Made by a program: the position numbers and the translations under genes. DNA of 64,000 nt from Phoronis australis (taxonomy: Eukaryota > Animalia > Phoronida). The notes beneath the pieces were generated by a model. The model had not been told where the DNA came from. It did no database searches and worked only from the letters and a program-made list of their open reading frames with translations. The number at the start of each line of letters is the position of its first letter. The stretch's first letter is position 1. This document shows, piece by piece, positions 63,467 to 64,000 of the stretch. The DNA lies in assembly GCA_002633005.1 (NCBI GenBank), contig NMRA01000085.1, positions 231,708 through 295,707 on the forward strand, written 5' to 3'.

Positions 63467-64000
63467 TTAATCAACCACAAAATCCTGAAGGTAGGTTGGA
63501 GGACGTTTGGTCCTGGAAAAGCGTCGCAAAGGAACGTCTCCCGTCACGTCAAGTGTACCGCTGCTAGTATGACCCGCATCATTGGTAGGAACAACATCAT
63601 TCGAGGTGTGGGAAGGTTGACTCAGGTTTACTCCAGGAAGAACATCAGACACACTAGAAGGTGGTATCTGAGGTGCCGGCTGGGTTGCTAATGGGAGCAT
63701 TAATCGAGGGACATGATCTTCTTCATCATCGGTGAGGTCGTGGGTAACTGGACCGTAAAGTGAAGGTGTCTCTGAAGGGACCTTGTAACATTCGGTGTCC
63801 TTTACGCGATAGGATGTAGATCGCAACTGATTCCCAATGAACTTCTGGACATTCAACCAGGTGTCATCCCGGCTGACCACGAGATAGCGAGGACGAGATC
63901 GTGTTTTGTCTCGGTCAGAATAGAGGTACACCAAGTCTCCCACATTTGCACGGCATGAAGGAGGGGCCTTTCGTAAAGGGGCTTTCGATTTCACGCTAGA
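63467..64000 (-). mobile_element. Gypsy-type pol C-terminus (post-integrase region), continuing beyond the window
   Basis: VGDLVY...RYLVV SH3-like segment, Pro/Ser-rich linker and terminal LRRFSRTKRPPTYLQDFV motif typical of Gypsy integrase ends. Confidence 0.7.

Overview
Repeat-rich eukaryotic genomic DNA (spliceosomal introns, microsatellites, many transposon relics), most likely from an invertebrate; a marine lophotrochozoan is an inference from the repeat and GPCR types. It is not prokaryotic, and most short ORFs in the track are spurious. Three host genes are supported. One is a 168-aa PMP22/claudin-like tetraspan gene in three coding exons (23305-23518, 24539-24685, 27602-27747, +) that the ORF track only partly shows. 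The other two are tandemly duplicated sex-peptide/MIP-receptor-like GPCRs with uninterrupted coding regions (35330-36496 and 60241-61431, -). These paralogs differ in the TM3 disulfide cysteine and in a frameshifted C-terminal tail, and both carry an upstream 72-codon ORF. Mobile DNA includes a Helentron-type HINE with a hierarchical tandem array, a decayed Polinton/Maverick capsid-plus-protease segment abutting an internally deleted Mag-like Gypsy element, Academ-, Kolobok-, THAP-, IS3EU- and L1/Tx1-like relics, and many MITEs. Two duplications at single-N gaps (8767, 11828) are probably uncollapsed haplotypes. I found no clearly novel multi-gene system. The best leads are GPCR paralog divergence, the minimal-loop claudin-like protein and the endogenous Polinton. 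All alignments were done by eye and family assignments rest on recalled motifs, not database searches.
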